Notes under the pieces: generated by a model
The model's database searches: none
Told to the model about the DNA's origin: nothing
The model's input: the letters and a program-made list of their open reading frames with translations, nothing else
Shown here: in pieces, positions 41,640-50,337 of the stretch
Layout of the letters: the number at the start of each line of letters is the position of its first letter
Numbering within the stretch: the first letter of the stretch is position 1
Assembly: GCA_963777605.1 (NCBI GenBank)
Contig: CAVZRV010000027.1
Span: forward strand, 32,001 to 96,000
Length of the DNA: 64,000 nt
Origin: an uncultured Acidobacteriota bacterium
GTDB taxonomy: Bacteria; Acidobacteriota; UBA6911; RPQK01; JAPXNP01
Direction: 5' to 3'
Made by a program: the position numbers and the translations under genes

Positions 41640-42569
41640 TCACGGGTACGTTTTGGCTATCCCGTCTTGAAGCGAGAATCTCGATTTCCATCCGATCTCT
41701 GAAATTCGGTCAGCGCGGAAATTTCTTGCTTTTACGCCTACCGGTCCTTCTACGTGGCGGATGTTGACCTTCTTTCCAGCAACGGAGGCTACCGTTTCAA
41801 CCAGTTCATCTACCGAAACGTATTCCCGGCGGCCGATGTTTACGCCGTTCTCCAAGTTCGACTGCATGAGCAGGCGGATTCCGTCGAGCATGTCTTCGAT
41901 GTAGGTGTAGGCTCGCATTGCGGTGCCGTCGCCCCAGACTTCTATGGTTCCGCCGTCTTCAATCTCGGCTACCTTGCGGCACATGGCGGCGGGAGCTTTC
42001 TCCCGACCGCCTCGCCAGGTCCCTTCGGGTCCGTAACAGTTCTGGAAACGGGCGATCCGGATTGCCATGTCGTAGCGCCGGCCGTAGGCCATGGCGGTCC
42101 GCTCGGCATAGAACTTCTCCCAGCCGTATTCGTTATGGGGCAGAGCCGGGTAGGCCTCGTCCTCGGACAGTTCGGGTTCGTCCTTGGTCATGTCGCGATA
42201 GACACAGGCGGAGGAAGAGAAGAAGTATCGTGGAACGCCGGCTCGGGCGCTGGCATCGATCATGTGAATGTTGATCAGGGCGCTGTTGCGCATGATTTCG
42301 CACTCGGCGGAATCGATGAATCCCATTCCGCCCATGTCGGCCGCCAGTTGATAGACCTCGTCGAAGAATCCTCCGTTCGGCCCGTGGACCGCCTGTTTGC
42401 AGTTCTCAGGCTCCCGCAGGTCCAGAACACAAAAATCGTCGGCTGCAGTGGGAGAAAACTCGGGATGTTTCAGGTCGACGCCTCTTACCCAGTAGCCTTC
42501 ATTGACGAGGCGCTTGACCAGGTGGGAACCGATGAATCCACCTGCGCCACAAACCAGTGCTCGTTTCAC
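41640..42569 (-). CDS. GDP-mannose 3,5-epimerase-like SDR
   Basis: GAGGFIG, LAADMGGMGFI, SSSACVY, YGWEK, GGREKAPAAMCRK. Confidence 0.88.
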   Translation of the reverse strand: MKRALVCGAGGFIGSHLVKRLVNEGYWVRGVDLKHPEFSPTAADDFCVLDLREPENCKQAVHGPNGGFFDEVYQLAADMGGMGFIDSAECEIMRNSALINIHMIDASARAGVPRYFFSSSACVYRDMTKDEPELSEDEAYPALPHNEYGWEKFYAERTAMAYGRRYDMAIRIARFQNCYGPEGTWRGGREKAPAAMCRKVAEIEDGGTIEVWGDGTAMRAYTYIEDMLDGIRLLMQSNLENGVNIGRREYVSVDELVETVASVAGKKVNIRHVEGPVGVKARNFRADRISEIGWKSRFSLQDGIAKTYP

Positions 42570-42808
42570 AACATTCTCCTAATGACGCTCGGACCGGATC
42601 TTCCACTGATGGCCAAATATCGTGAGAAATCCAGATCCTGTGTAATCAGAACCATCCCTTTGGCCCACGCCCAGTCGAGGATCTCTTCGTCGCTAGCAGA
42701 GGCGGGCAAAACTGCGGACACTCTCAGCACCTGCCAACCGGCATCTCTCAGGGAGTCTACCGTCGCCGGCGAAATATTCATGTCCGCGAGAAATCTAAGG
42801 GGACCCAC
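42566..42808 (-). pseudogene. DUF5615 PIN-like toxin, C-terminally truncated
   Basis: RFLADMNIS, SDEEIL, LITQDLDF, PSVI, then a stop overlapping the epimerase start. Confidence 0.75.
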
Positions 42809-42810
42809 GT

Positions 42811-43041
42811 TCAAGCGGCCGGAGGGGAAACGATCTGTTCCGACGCCAGCCAAGCCGCATACTGTATTGCCTGGCGGACATCCTCTTCTTCGAGTTCCGG
42901 ATAGGCGGCAACAACGTCTTGAGCAGTCCGACCTTGTGCGAGCATCTTAAGGACAACGCTCACAGTGATTCTCATGCCCCGGATGGTAGCTTGTCCCAAG
43001 CATACATGAGGGTTGATTGTGATGCGCTCCAATCCCTTCAT
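42811..43041 (-). CDS. DUF433 family antitoxin
   Basis: RITINPHVCLGQATIRGMRITV...YPELEEEDVRQAIQYA. Confidence 0.92.
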   Translation of the reverse strand: MKGLERITINPHVCLGQATIRGMRITVSVVLKMLAQGRTAQDVVAAYPELEEEDVRQAIQYAAWLASEQIVSPPAA

Positions 43042-43126
43042 AGTTCAAAAAATAGCACAGTCAACGAGTTCGAGAAAACCTTTTCGGGTTCAGGGTTTCG
43101 AATGATTCAGCATCTGGACGCTGGTC

Positions 43127-43549
43127 CTACTTTGGGTTCATCCTCCCGACAATTGCACGGGTGAACGCCCGGAGGTCGTTGAGGTGCTCCTGAATGATGT
43201 TGTAAACCTGGTGATGATCGACTTCCCAGTAGACGTGGATCAGCATATTCCGAAAGCGCGCCATTCTCTGGAGCTGCTCTCCAAGATCAGGCGTCACCCA
43301 GCCTTCTTCCGCCAGGAGTTTGAAGCAGGCGGCATAGCCTTCCGGGACCTTTCTCACGGTTTTTGCACTGACGTGGTAGCAAAGAGCAATCGCGGCTTCT
43401 ATTGCCACCAACAGTCGATAGCAGGCGATATCCTGCAGATCGTTGTTCCCGAGGAAGACCTCTTCGGAAAGGCCGGCGATCTTCTCCAGCCTCTGAACGG
43501 ATGCCTCAATTTCCTGACACCGCGAGCGAATCAAGTCCGGATTCAGCAT
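43127..43549 (-). CDS. HEPN (DUF86, HepT-like) RNase toxin
   Basis: AIEAAI...FRNMLIHVY (RX4H motif). Confidence 0.9.
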   Translation of the reverse strand: MLNPDLIRSRCQEIEASVQRLEKIAGLSEEVFLGNNDLQDIACYRLLVAIEAAIALCYHVSAKTVRKVPEGYAACFKLLAEEGWVTPDLGEQLQRMARFRNMLIHVYWEVDHHQVYNIIQEHLNDLRAFTRAIVGRMNPK

Positions 43550-43932
43550 TATTCCCCGAAAGCCTCCACTGTTGCACGACGCAAGAGAGGTTCCACGTCG
43601 AGATAGGTTCTCAGAGTCTCTTCAAACACCCGATCGTGGACTTCTTCGTCACGCACTTCGATCAAGCGCCCCTTCAGGACATGGAAGAGGAACGTGACGG
43701 GGGCATCATTCAAGATTCGCAGGTCGACGGGGACATTCAAATCATCCAGACGGGAGTGAAGATGATTGAGAAGATCACCGCAGTCCTTGCAGGATGATTC
43801 CCCCAGCCAGATTCCGACATCGATGTCACGGTTGGAATCCCGTTCCAGAAACGATCCATACAGATAAGCGAATGCAATTCCCGTCGTCTCTTGAATGGCA
43901 GCCTGGATTCGGTTGAAGATCTCGTCGTTCAT
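43549..43932 (-). CDS. minimal nucleotidyltransferase (MNT) antitoxin
   Basis: AYLYGSF...DIDVG...VDLRILNDAP. Confidence 0.9.
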   Translation of the reverse strand: MNDEIFNRIQAAIQETTGIAFAYLYGSFLERDSNRDIDVGIWLGESSCKDCGDLLNHLHSRLDDLNVPVDLRILNDAPVTFLFHVLKGRLIEVRDEEVHDRVFEETLRTYLDVEPLLRRATVEAFGE

Positions 43933-44025
43933 CAAGGTTCTTCAGAATTTCTAATCGCTTGTCCTCTCCATGGTCGCAAGCTGGAAGCTCGCGCTACGGG
44001 GGAGAAAGACTCAACGAGCATCTAC

Positions 44026-44244
44026 CTACTCAAATGCTTCTTTCGGGAGGCCGGACTGGCGAACAATGGAAAGCAACGTACCTTTGCGCAACTCACTGTG
44101 CTGCGGAACTGGCACAGTCACCGTGGAACCGGCCAACTGAAGTTGCATCACCACGTGACTTCCGCGGCGCCTGACTTCGCGAAAGCCGTGTTTTTCCAAA
44201 ATAGCGCAGGCCTCTTTTCCCGAAAGAGTTCGGAGCTTACCCAA
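44026..44244 (-). CDS. hicA: HicA toxin
   Basis: LSGKEA..IL..HGF..VRRRGSH...VPVP.H.EL..GTL.SI; TTG start. Confidence 0.92.
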   Translation of the reverse strand: MGKLRTLSGKEACAILEKHGFREVRRRGSHVVMQLQLAGSTVTVPVPQHSELRKGTLLSIVRQSGLPKEAFE

Positions 44245-44458
44245 CGGCTACCTGCAAGCTTGTCACGTAGACTTCTTCGTGGAGCCTTTGCCGTACCTCC
44301 TCGGCCGAGGCGGTTTCGAAGAACAATTCTACGGCCTCCCGGAGATTTTCTCGGGCCTCGTCGATCGTTTGTCCCTGGCTGGCGACATCCACCTCGGGGC
44401 AAAGTGCGACATAGCCGTCTCCTTCGCGTTCGATCACCGCTGTCAATCGTTTTGTCAT
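44237..44458 (-). CDS. hicB: HicB antitoxin (short type)
   Basis: AVIEREGDGYVALCPEVDVASQGQTIDEARENLREAVELF. Confidence 0.92.
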   Translation of the reverse strand: MTKRLTAVIEREGDGYVALCPEVDVASQGQTIDEARENLREAVELFFETASAEEVRQRLHEEVYVTSLQVAVG

Positions 44459-44496
44459 TTGGTTTGATTATCTCAGGAATCTAGGGAGTCGAGGAT

Positions 44497-44690
44497 TTCA
44501 GTTTGGACTTTGCCGTTCGGTTTCGACCTTCGACTTCGATTTTCGGCTTAGGCGTTCAGGGCTTCCAGTTTCGAATCTTGCGCCCCTGGTGGCAATGCAG
44601 CAATTGAATTCGCACTTCGCACTTCGGTTTCATCGTTCGCCTTCGGAATTCGGTTTCGCCGTTCGGAGTTCCGGATTTCGGGCCTTCGGG
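44497..44690. repeat. two TTCG-ladder elements (44497-44575, 44609-44690)
   Basis: TTCG units with spacer lengths 3,3,2,3,2,3,2,3. Confidence 0.85.
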
Positions 44691-44820
44691 TCGGTGCCAA
44701 TTCACACAATCCCTCCCCCCGGGGGGCAAGTCACCCCCGGAATCCTGGTGTCCCTCCCCAATCTGCTGATATCCTTTGAAGACGCTTCCAATCAAACCCA
44801 TCTTCTGAAAACTCACCACA

Positions 44821-47800
44821 TCAACACACGCTCAGTTCAAGACCATCCTGACTGATCGAGTAGTCGAAGAAGCGTTTTCGGTCATTGATCTTGTTATTGC
44901 TAAGGATCCGTCGAGCATGCCGGGCTGACTCCGATGAACTGCAGATCATGGCCAGGAAGCCTCCGCCGCCGGCGCCGAGGAGTTTGGCTCCTTGGATGTG
45001 GGGGTGGAGTTGTTCCAGCAGGGATTCGATCTCCGGGGTGGTGGAGTTGGGGTCCAGTTCTTTGTTGAGCTCCCAGGATTCGCCGATCAGTTTGCCGAAG
45101 CCGGGCATGTCTCTTCGGGAGAGGGCGTCGGCGAGTTGGTGGGGGAGGGCCTGGAGGTTGCGGTAGGTGGCCAGGGTCTCCCGGTTGCGGTCGAGATAGC
45201 GGCCGACGACTTCGTGGAGGATGTTTTTGGCCAGGCGGCGGATTCCGGTGTACAAGAGGAGGGTCTGTCCTCCGTTCTTTGTCGGCTCGATCAGGTCCGA
45301 CGGGACGAAGTGGATCATGGGGTCGGGCACTAGTCCCGGCCGCGTGGTGATCAGCTTCGTGCCGCCGACGCAGCCGCCGATCTGGTCCTGCCAGCCGCCG
45401 CCGGTGGTCAGTTCCTGCTCGAGTTGCAGCACCCGGTTGAAAAGGTCCCGCTGGGTCGGTTCCCTGCCCGTCAAACGCGCCAGGACCGCGACCAGGACGG
45501 CCGCCATGACGCTCGATGTTCCCAGGCCGCTGCCACTGGGAATTGCCGCCAGCGTGGTCAGCTCGATTCCGCCTCCAAAGTGCTCGAGGATCTGCTCGAG
45601 AGTGGTCACACCTCGAGGCCAGGTCCCGGTTTCGGTCGAGAATCCGGAGAGCACCAGCGCGGCCTTGGCCAGGCCGAACCCGTCGGTCCGGTACTGATGC
45701 AGTTCCTCCAGTTCCCGGATCGTGACCGAAACGCCGTGGTCGATGGAGGTCAACTTGATGTGCGGTTCGGAACAGGTCCGGGCGTAGGCATGGATGGGGG
45801 GCTGGCCGTTCAGGTTGACCGCCACGTTCAGCACGCATCCCCCGTTTTCCAGGGCGTAAGGCGGCGTGTCGGTCCAGCCGCCGCCCAGGTCGAGCCTCGC
45901 CGGCGCGCGCCCCCAGATGATTTCGTCGCTGCGGATCGATATTCTCGGGGGATCAAGCTTCGCTCGGTCCCCCAACAAAATAGTTTGGCTCAGATTGGTA
46001 AAGGCCAGATTCTGGAGGGTAACCGTCCAGTCATCGCCGGACTCGGCGGCGGCGCCGAAATCGACTCCGAACGATTCGAGCCAGGTTCTGGTCTCGTCGT
46101 CGAGTAACCTTTCGACGCCGGTCGAAGTTTCGGCTGCGACCTGTGGAGGCAGCAACTGCATCGCCGAGCCGAGGCTGTGGAAAATGCGGGAGAGCTCCAG
46201 CCGTTCCAGCTTCCAGGCCCCGCTCGTCTCGCCGAACTGCCGGAATGCTTCGTTGAGGATTTCGGCGACAAATGCCTTTCGATCGCCGGCATCGAATCTG
46301 GAAAGCACCAGGGCCAACTCCCGGGCAGAGAATCCACTGTCGAGGCGGAACAGTGAGGGAATCATCGAGCGTAGTTCCCAGGCACGATTGGCCAGCCGCC
46401 GCTCGTGGAACGATTCCTGTTCGGCCAGTTCGGCAATTTCCGCGCAACTGAATCGCTGCGCCTCCCGCCAGACCGCCTTCTCGGCGGTTGAAGCGGCTGC
46501 CGGGTCAACCATCCAAACCCACGAATCCCAGGAAGCCGGTTCGACGATTGCAGGGAACAGCCGTGCGGTCCAGAGGGTCCGCTCCTCCGGGGGAACTCCT
46601 GCATCCCAGATCGACACAGGATCGACATCCATCGACACCATCCAGTCGTCCATCGGCAGGCCGCAGAAGACGATGCCATCGGCAAATGACTGCTGGAAGG
46701 TGTCATCCATCCCATAGCAGCGGACGAACCAACAGAGTTGGCCCGTTTTCGACGTTCCCGGAGTCACATCGAAACAGGCTCCCTGAGGAATTTCGATCGG
46801 TCGATCGAGGTCGAGGCCCACCAGGACGTTGTCTCCGCCAAGTTGAAGATCGGCCCGAACCCGGCAACCTTCCACCCAGGAACGGCTTCCGTCGATGTCG
46901 CCTTCCTCGGTGATGTTCTGGATGCTGAGACAGTGGTCAAACGAGGAGAATCCCTGCTCACGGCTCACCAATTCGGAACCGCTGGTCACCAACTGGCGCA
47001 GCGTGCCGAAGTGGAAGAAGCCGCACCGATTGACCACCTGGCAGGAGAAGGGAACCTCACCAAGGTGCGCAAAAAGTGCTTCCAGATCAGCATCACCGAA
47101 ACGGGAAACGCTGCGCCGGGCTTCCTCCCGGTAGGCAGCAAGGTCGGTCTCGGATCCCATTGCGCAACAGATCTCCCGGTAGAAGTCGAGCCCCTTGTCC
47201 AGGATCGCGGCCGTCAGTTCCGAGCGGGGCAGGAGTTCTCCCGATTCCGATGGCCGAGGGCCAATCAGTTCCAACAGGCGGAGTGCCGTTTCAGCGTCGA
47301 AGCTGAAAATTCCGATATCCAGCAGCGACTTCCCGAACCGGGTAACCGCTCCCAGGCGCACCTGGTCCTCGACGGAAGGTTTTTGAAGAAAGCGCCTGAC
47401 CCGTCCTTCGGGGTCGCGAGAGTAAACTCCGTGATTGGCGGCCAGGGCCGGATCAGCATAGGTTGCCAGGCCGGTCAAACCAGGTCCGGTGGGTTCCAGG
47501 CTTTCCGGATCGAAATCCAGGAGCACGTCGCCCGACGTGATGATCACTTGCCCACGCCCGGTCTGCGGCTCCGGGATGCCCAGGTAGATGGGCAACTGCC
47601 GATCGAACACGGTGACCGGCACGGCCCGGGCGGACTCGACCGGCAGAGGGACAAAGCTCTTGCCGCACGGCCCATAGGGAGGCAGCCGGCGGGCATCCCC
47701 GCCCGCGTGGACGATCAGGATTCGCAGCGACTCGAGAACCTCGAGCCAGGCGCCGCGATCGCCCTTGCGGTCGGAATCCTCCTCCAGTTCTCGATTCAGC

Positions 47801-47985
47801 ACCTCGAGCAGGCAGAACAGGGTGCTGCCGCCGCTGCCGACCCGGCAACCGTCAGGGTCGGGGACAACCAGGACGTTACAGATCCCTGCCAGAAAGCCCA
47901 GTTCCTGCCGCAGGGAGAGTTGCTCGCGGTAGGCGTCGGCCTGGCGGTCACTCGATGCCGTGATGATCAGGTAATCCCAGGACAT
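44821..47985 (-). CDS. fkp: bifunctional L-fucokinase/GDP-L-fucose pyrophosphorylase (Fkp-like)
   Basis: RVGSGGST, HAGGDARRLP, HGVY, FLQKPS, HFGT; GHMP domain PARLDLGGGWTDTPP, IPSGSGLGTSS, TTGGGWQDQ, GAGGGG. Confidence 0.9.
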   Translation of the reverse strand: MSWDYLIITASSDRQADAYREQLSLRQELGFLAGICNVLVVPDPDGCRVGSGGSTLFCLLEVLNRELEEDSDRKGDRGAWLEVLESLRILIVHAGGDARRLPPYGPCGKSFVPLPVESARAVPVTVFDRQLPIYLGIPEPQTGRGQVIITSGDVLLDFDPESLEPTGPGLTGLATYADPALAANHGVYSRDPEGRVRRFLQKPSVEDQVRLGAVTRFGKSLLDIGIFSFDAETALRLLELIGPRPSESGELLPRSELTAAILDKGLDFYREICCAMGSETDLAAYREEARRSVSRFGDADLEALFAHLGEVPFSCQVVNRCGFFHFGTLRQLVTSGSELVSREQGFSSFDHCLSIQNITEEGDIDGSRSWVEGCRVRADLQLGGDNVLVGLDLDRPIEIPQGACFDVTPGTSKTGQLCWFVRCYGMDDTFQQSFADGIVFCGLPMDDWMVSMDVDPVSIWDAGVPPEERTLWTARLFPAIVEPASWDSWVWMVDPAAASTAEKAVWREAQRFSCAEIAELAEQESFHERRLANRAWELRSMIPSLFRLDSGFSARELALVLSRFDAGDRKAFVAEILNEAFRQFGETSGAWKLERLELSRIFHSLGSAMQLLPPQVAAETSTGVERLLDDETRTWLESFGVDFGAAAESGDDWTVTLQNLAFTNLSQTILLGDRAKLDPPRISIRSDEIIWGRAPARLDLGGGWTDTPPYALENGGCVLNVAVNLNGQPPIHAYARTCSEPHIKLTSIDHGVSVTIRELEELHQYRTDGFGLAKAALVLSGFSTETGTWPRGVTTLEQILEHFGGGIELTTLAAIPSGSGLGTSSVMAAVLVAVLARLTGREPTQRDLFNRVLQLEQELTTGGGWQDQIGGCVGGTKLITTRPGLVPDPMIHFVPSDLIEPTKNGGQTLLLYTGIRRLAKNILHEVVGRYLDRNRETLATYRNLQALPHQLADALSRRDMPGFGKLIGESWELNKELDPNSTTPEIESLLEQLHPHIQGAKLLGAGGGGFLAMICSSSESARHARRILSNNKINDRKRFFDYSISQDGLELSVC

Positions 47986-48007
47986 TTGTGAATTGGGGTT
48001 TGGGGTT

Positions 48008-48225
48008 TTCAGTTAGCACTTCGCACTTCGGTTTCGTCGTTCGACTTCGTCATTCGCCGTTCGTAGTTTCGAGTTTCGGGTTTCGGGTTTCGAGCGATTG
48101 GCCGTCTTCCGATTCACCCCCGAGGATCGCGCCCTTACAGGGCGCCAGCTTCGTCAGGGCGCTCGGTTTCCCAGGGTCGCGCTGCGCTTCACCCTGGGCT
48201 GAAATGATCCGGCCCTTTCAGGGCC
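48008..48225. repeat. TTCG ladder plus REP-hairpin composite (left direct repeat of hicBA-2)
   Basis: matches 48806-48957. Confidence 0.85.
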
Positions 48226-48325
48226 GCAAATCGGTTTCGTTGACGGGCATTGCTCACGTACTGAAATGCGTGCCCCCGGCCGACCATGTGGGGAATGTGA
48301 CCATGTGCCGCAGCGGGATTTCTTT

Positions 48326-48550
48326 TCAAAGAAGGGAGAGAAACTGTTCCACGGTTAAGCCGGCTTCGCGGATCAGCGCTCTCAGGGTTCCTTTTGAGAT
48401 CTCTCGATGGTCGGGAACGACGAGGCGCCGATGGGGCGGTGTGGTCTGCCGAAGAATCATGTGGCTGCCGCGCTGGCGATCCAGTTGATAAGAAAGCTTC
48501 GAGAACGCCCGTACAACTTCCCGACCGGAAACAACGGGAAGTCGCGTCAG
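48326..48550 (-). CDS. hicA: HicA toxin with CTG start (absent from the ORF track)
   Basis: hand translation: (M)TRLPVVSGREVVRAFSKLSYQLDRQRGSHMILRQTTPPHRRLVVPDHREISKGTLRALIREAGLTVEQFLSLL*; the CTG overlaps the hicB TGA. Confidence 0.85.
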   Translation of the reverse strand: MTRLPVVSGREVVRAFSKLSYQLDRQRGSHMILRQTTPPHRRLVVPDHREISKGTLRALIREAGLTVEQFLSLL

Positions 48551-48759
48551 ATGCTCACCTCAACCACTTCTTCCGAGATCGAGGGAGGAACGGGTTCATC
48601 GTGTTCTCTTAGACTTTCGAGGTACAGTTCGATGGCCTCCCGAATGTTGACCAACGCTTCCTCTCTCGTCGTTCCCTGAGAGATACATCCGGGCAGAGAA
48701 GGAGCCTCCGCAACATAGATCCCGTCTTCATCCACTTCGATCAATACCCTGTATTTCAT
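48547..48759 (-). CDS. hicB: HicB antitoxin (short type)
   Basis: MKYRVLIEVDEDGIYVAEAPSLPGCISQGTTREEALVNIREAIELY. Confidence 0.92.
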   Translation of the reverse strand: MKYRVLIEVDEDGIYVAEAPSLPGCISQGTTREEALVNIREAIELYLESLREHDEPVPPSISEEVVEVSI

Positions 48760-48805
48760 AGGCTTCAATGGGTTACGAGTGAAATGATAGCAGGGTTTGA
48801 GTTTC

Positions 48806-48957
48806 TTCAGTTCGCACTTCGCACGTCGGTTTCGACCTTCGAGTTCGGCGTTCGGCTTCGTCGTTCGAAGTTTCGGATATCGGGTTTCGAGCAATCGGTT
48901 TCCCAGGATCGCGCTTCGCTTGGCCCTGGGCTGAGATGATCCGGTCCTTTCAGGGCC
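48806..48957. repeat. TTCG ladder plus REP-hairpin composite (right direct repeat of hicBA-2)
   Basis: matches 48008-48225. Confidence 0.85.
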
Positions 48958-49128
48958 AAAACAACAGGAAATGGCCTCAGATGCTCCCCTCAAGCACGTC
49001 CTCCGAAATCTCTCCTGGTGTCGTGTGAACGTCCAGAGCCGCGCTCGCTTCACCCCCGTTCTAAAATGCAGGAACCAGGAACCCCACCGAAATCAGCCAT
49101 CTCAACGAGACAAGCGCGAACGCTTGCC

Positions 49129-49911
49129 CTACCCCCTCAGCATTGGGATCGAGCACAGAATCAACAGGCTCGCAAGCAGCCCGCGGAGGAGCCGTTCCGG
49201 CAGTTGTACGGTCAGGCGGCTACCCAGTAGCACGCCGGGGATTGATCCGATCAGCAAGAGCGCTACCAGACGGAAATCGATGTCGCCGATGAAGAAATGC
49301 CCGACGGCTGCGGTTCCGACCAGGATTGCGGCATGAGCGATGTCGGTGCCCACCAGGCGATCGGTCGAAGTCGCGGCGGTCAGAACCAGCAGGGCCAGGA
49401 TCACGCTTCCACTGCCGATCGAGGTCAAACCGACCAGGAACCCGCCCAGCGCGCCGATTGCAATCACGCGGTTGCGATTGTGCTTCCGGGCAGCTTTGGT
49501 TTCGCCCTGATGACTTTCCCTGCGGACGAGGCGCCATAACATGGAGAAGGCTACCAGCAGCAAGGCCAGACCGATCAACCGTCCCAGGGAGCGTTCGACG
49601 AGTTCGGGATTCCGATGGCGCAACCAGACCAGGAGTTCGACGGCCACGATCGATGCGGGGACACTGCCCAGCGCGAGGTCTCGCACGAGGCGGGTGTCGA
49701 TGGTTCCCTGACGCCAGTGCTGAAACGCTCCCGCAATCTTGGTCAAGCCGGCATACGCCAGGTCCGTTCCCACGGCAACAGAAGGAGGTAAGCCGACAAC
49801 CAGGATCAGGAAGGGTGTCGCCAGCACTCCTCCGCCCATTCCCGTCATTCCTACCAGCACGCCAACCGTGAAACCGAACAGTGGCAACTGCAAGTAATCC
49901 AAGCTTCGCAC
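49129..49911 (-). CDS. TSUP (TauE/SafE) family transporter
   Basis: GMTGMGGG, AVGTDL, GLTSIGSG, VGTDIAHA, GSIPG. Confidence 0.9.
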   Translation of the reverse strand: MRSLDYLQLPLFGFTVGVLVGMTGMGGGVLATPFLILVVGLPPSVAVGTDLAYAGLTKIAGAFQHWRQGTIDTRLVRDLALGSVPASIVAVELLVWLRHRNPELVERSLGRLIGLALLLVAFSMLWRLVRRESHQGETKAARKHNRNRVIAIGALGGFLVGLTSIGSGSVILALLVLTAATSTDRLVGTDIAHAAILVGTAAVGHFFIGDIDFRLVALLLIGSIPGVLLGSRLTVQLPERLLRGLLASLLILCSIPMLRG

Positions 49912-50337
49912 CTGTCACTTACATTATCCGGGGACAATGTGACCTGCCCCGTCCCCCCAGAAGACGTAGAGTAATTTAGCACAGGGGGGTGCGGACTTCA
50001 GAACAGGAAACCGCGCCTGCCCGATTCCAAACGGAGATGGATGGACCGCGGCAAAACGGCGGAAGGACGAGAATTACCTGCCCCGCGGATACATCCAAAG
50101 CAACAGTGGATGACCCTAAGTCGTGACGCTTCAATTCCGTTCAGCAATTGTGCCGAAATTGGGCGAGTGGATGGGGCGCCAGAGAGAAATGGCGAAGGCG
50201 CGCCGACTTTCCAGTCGCCGCGCCTTTCGCCAAGCTGATTCACAAGGAAGACCGATACCGAGACTGCTAGCGAGACTTCCGCCTACAGCGGCAGGTGGCT
50301 ACCGCTGATGACCGGAGGTCGCCCGGAATGCTTCGTA

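Noticed and set aside
41607-41642. Alternative genetic code (TGA=Trp) or selenocysteine
   Set aside because: TGG encodes Trp and TGA terminates many genes in this window; a single case fits a point mutation
19805-48957. Classical integron or CALIN
   Set aside because: No tyrosine integrase, and I could not find RYYYAAC...GTTRRRY attC boxes after the TA genes
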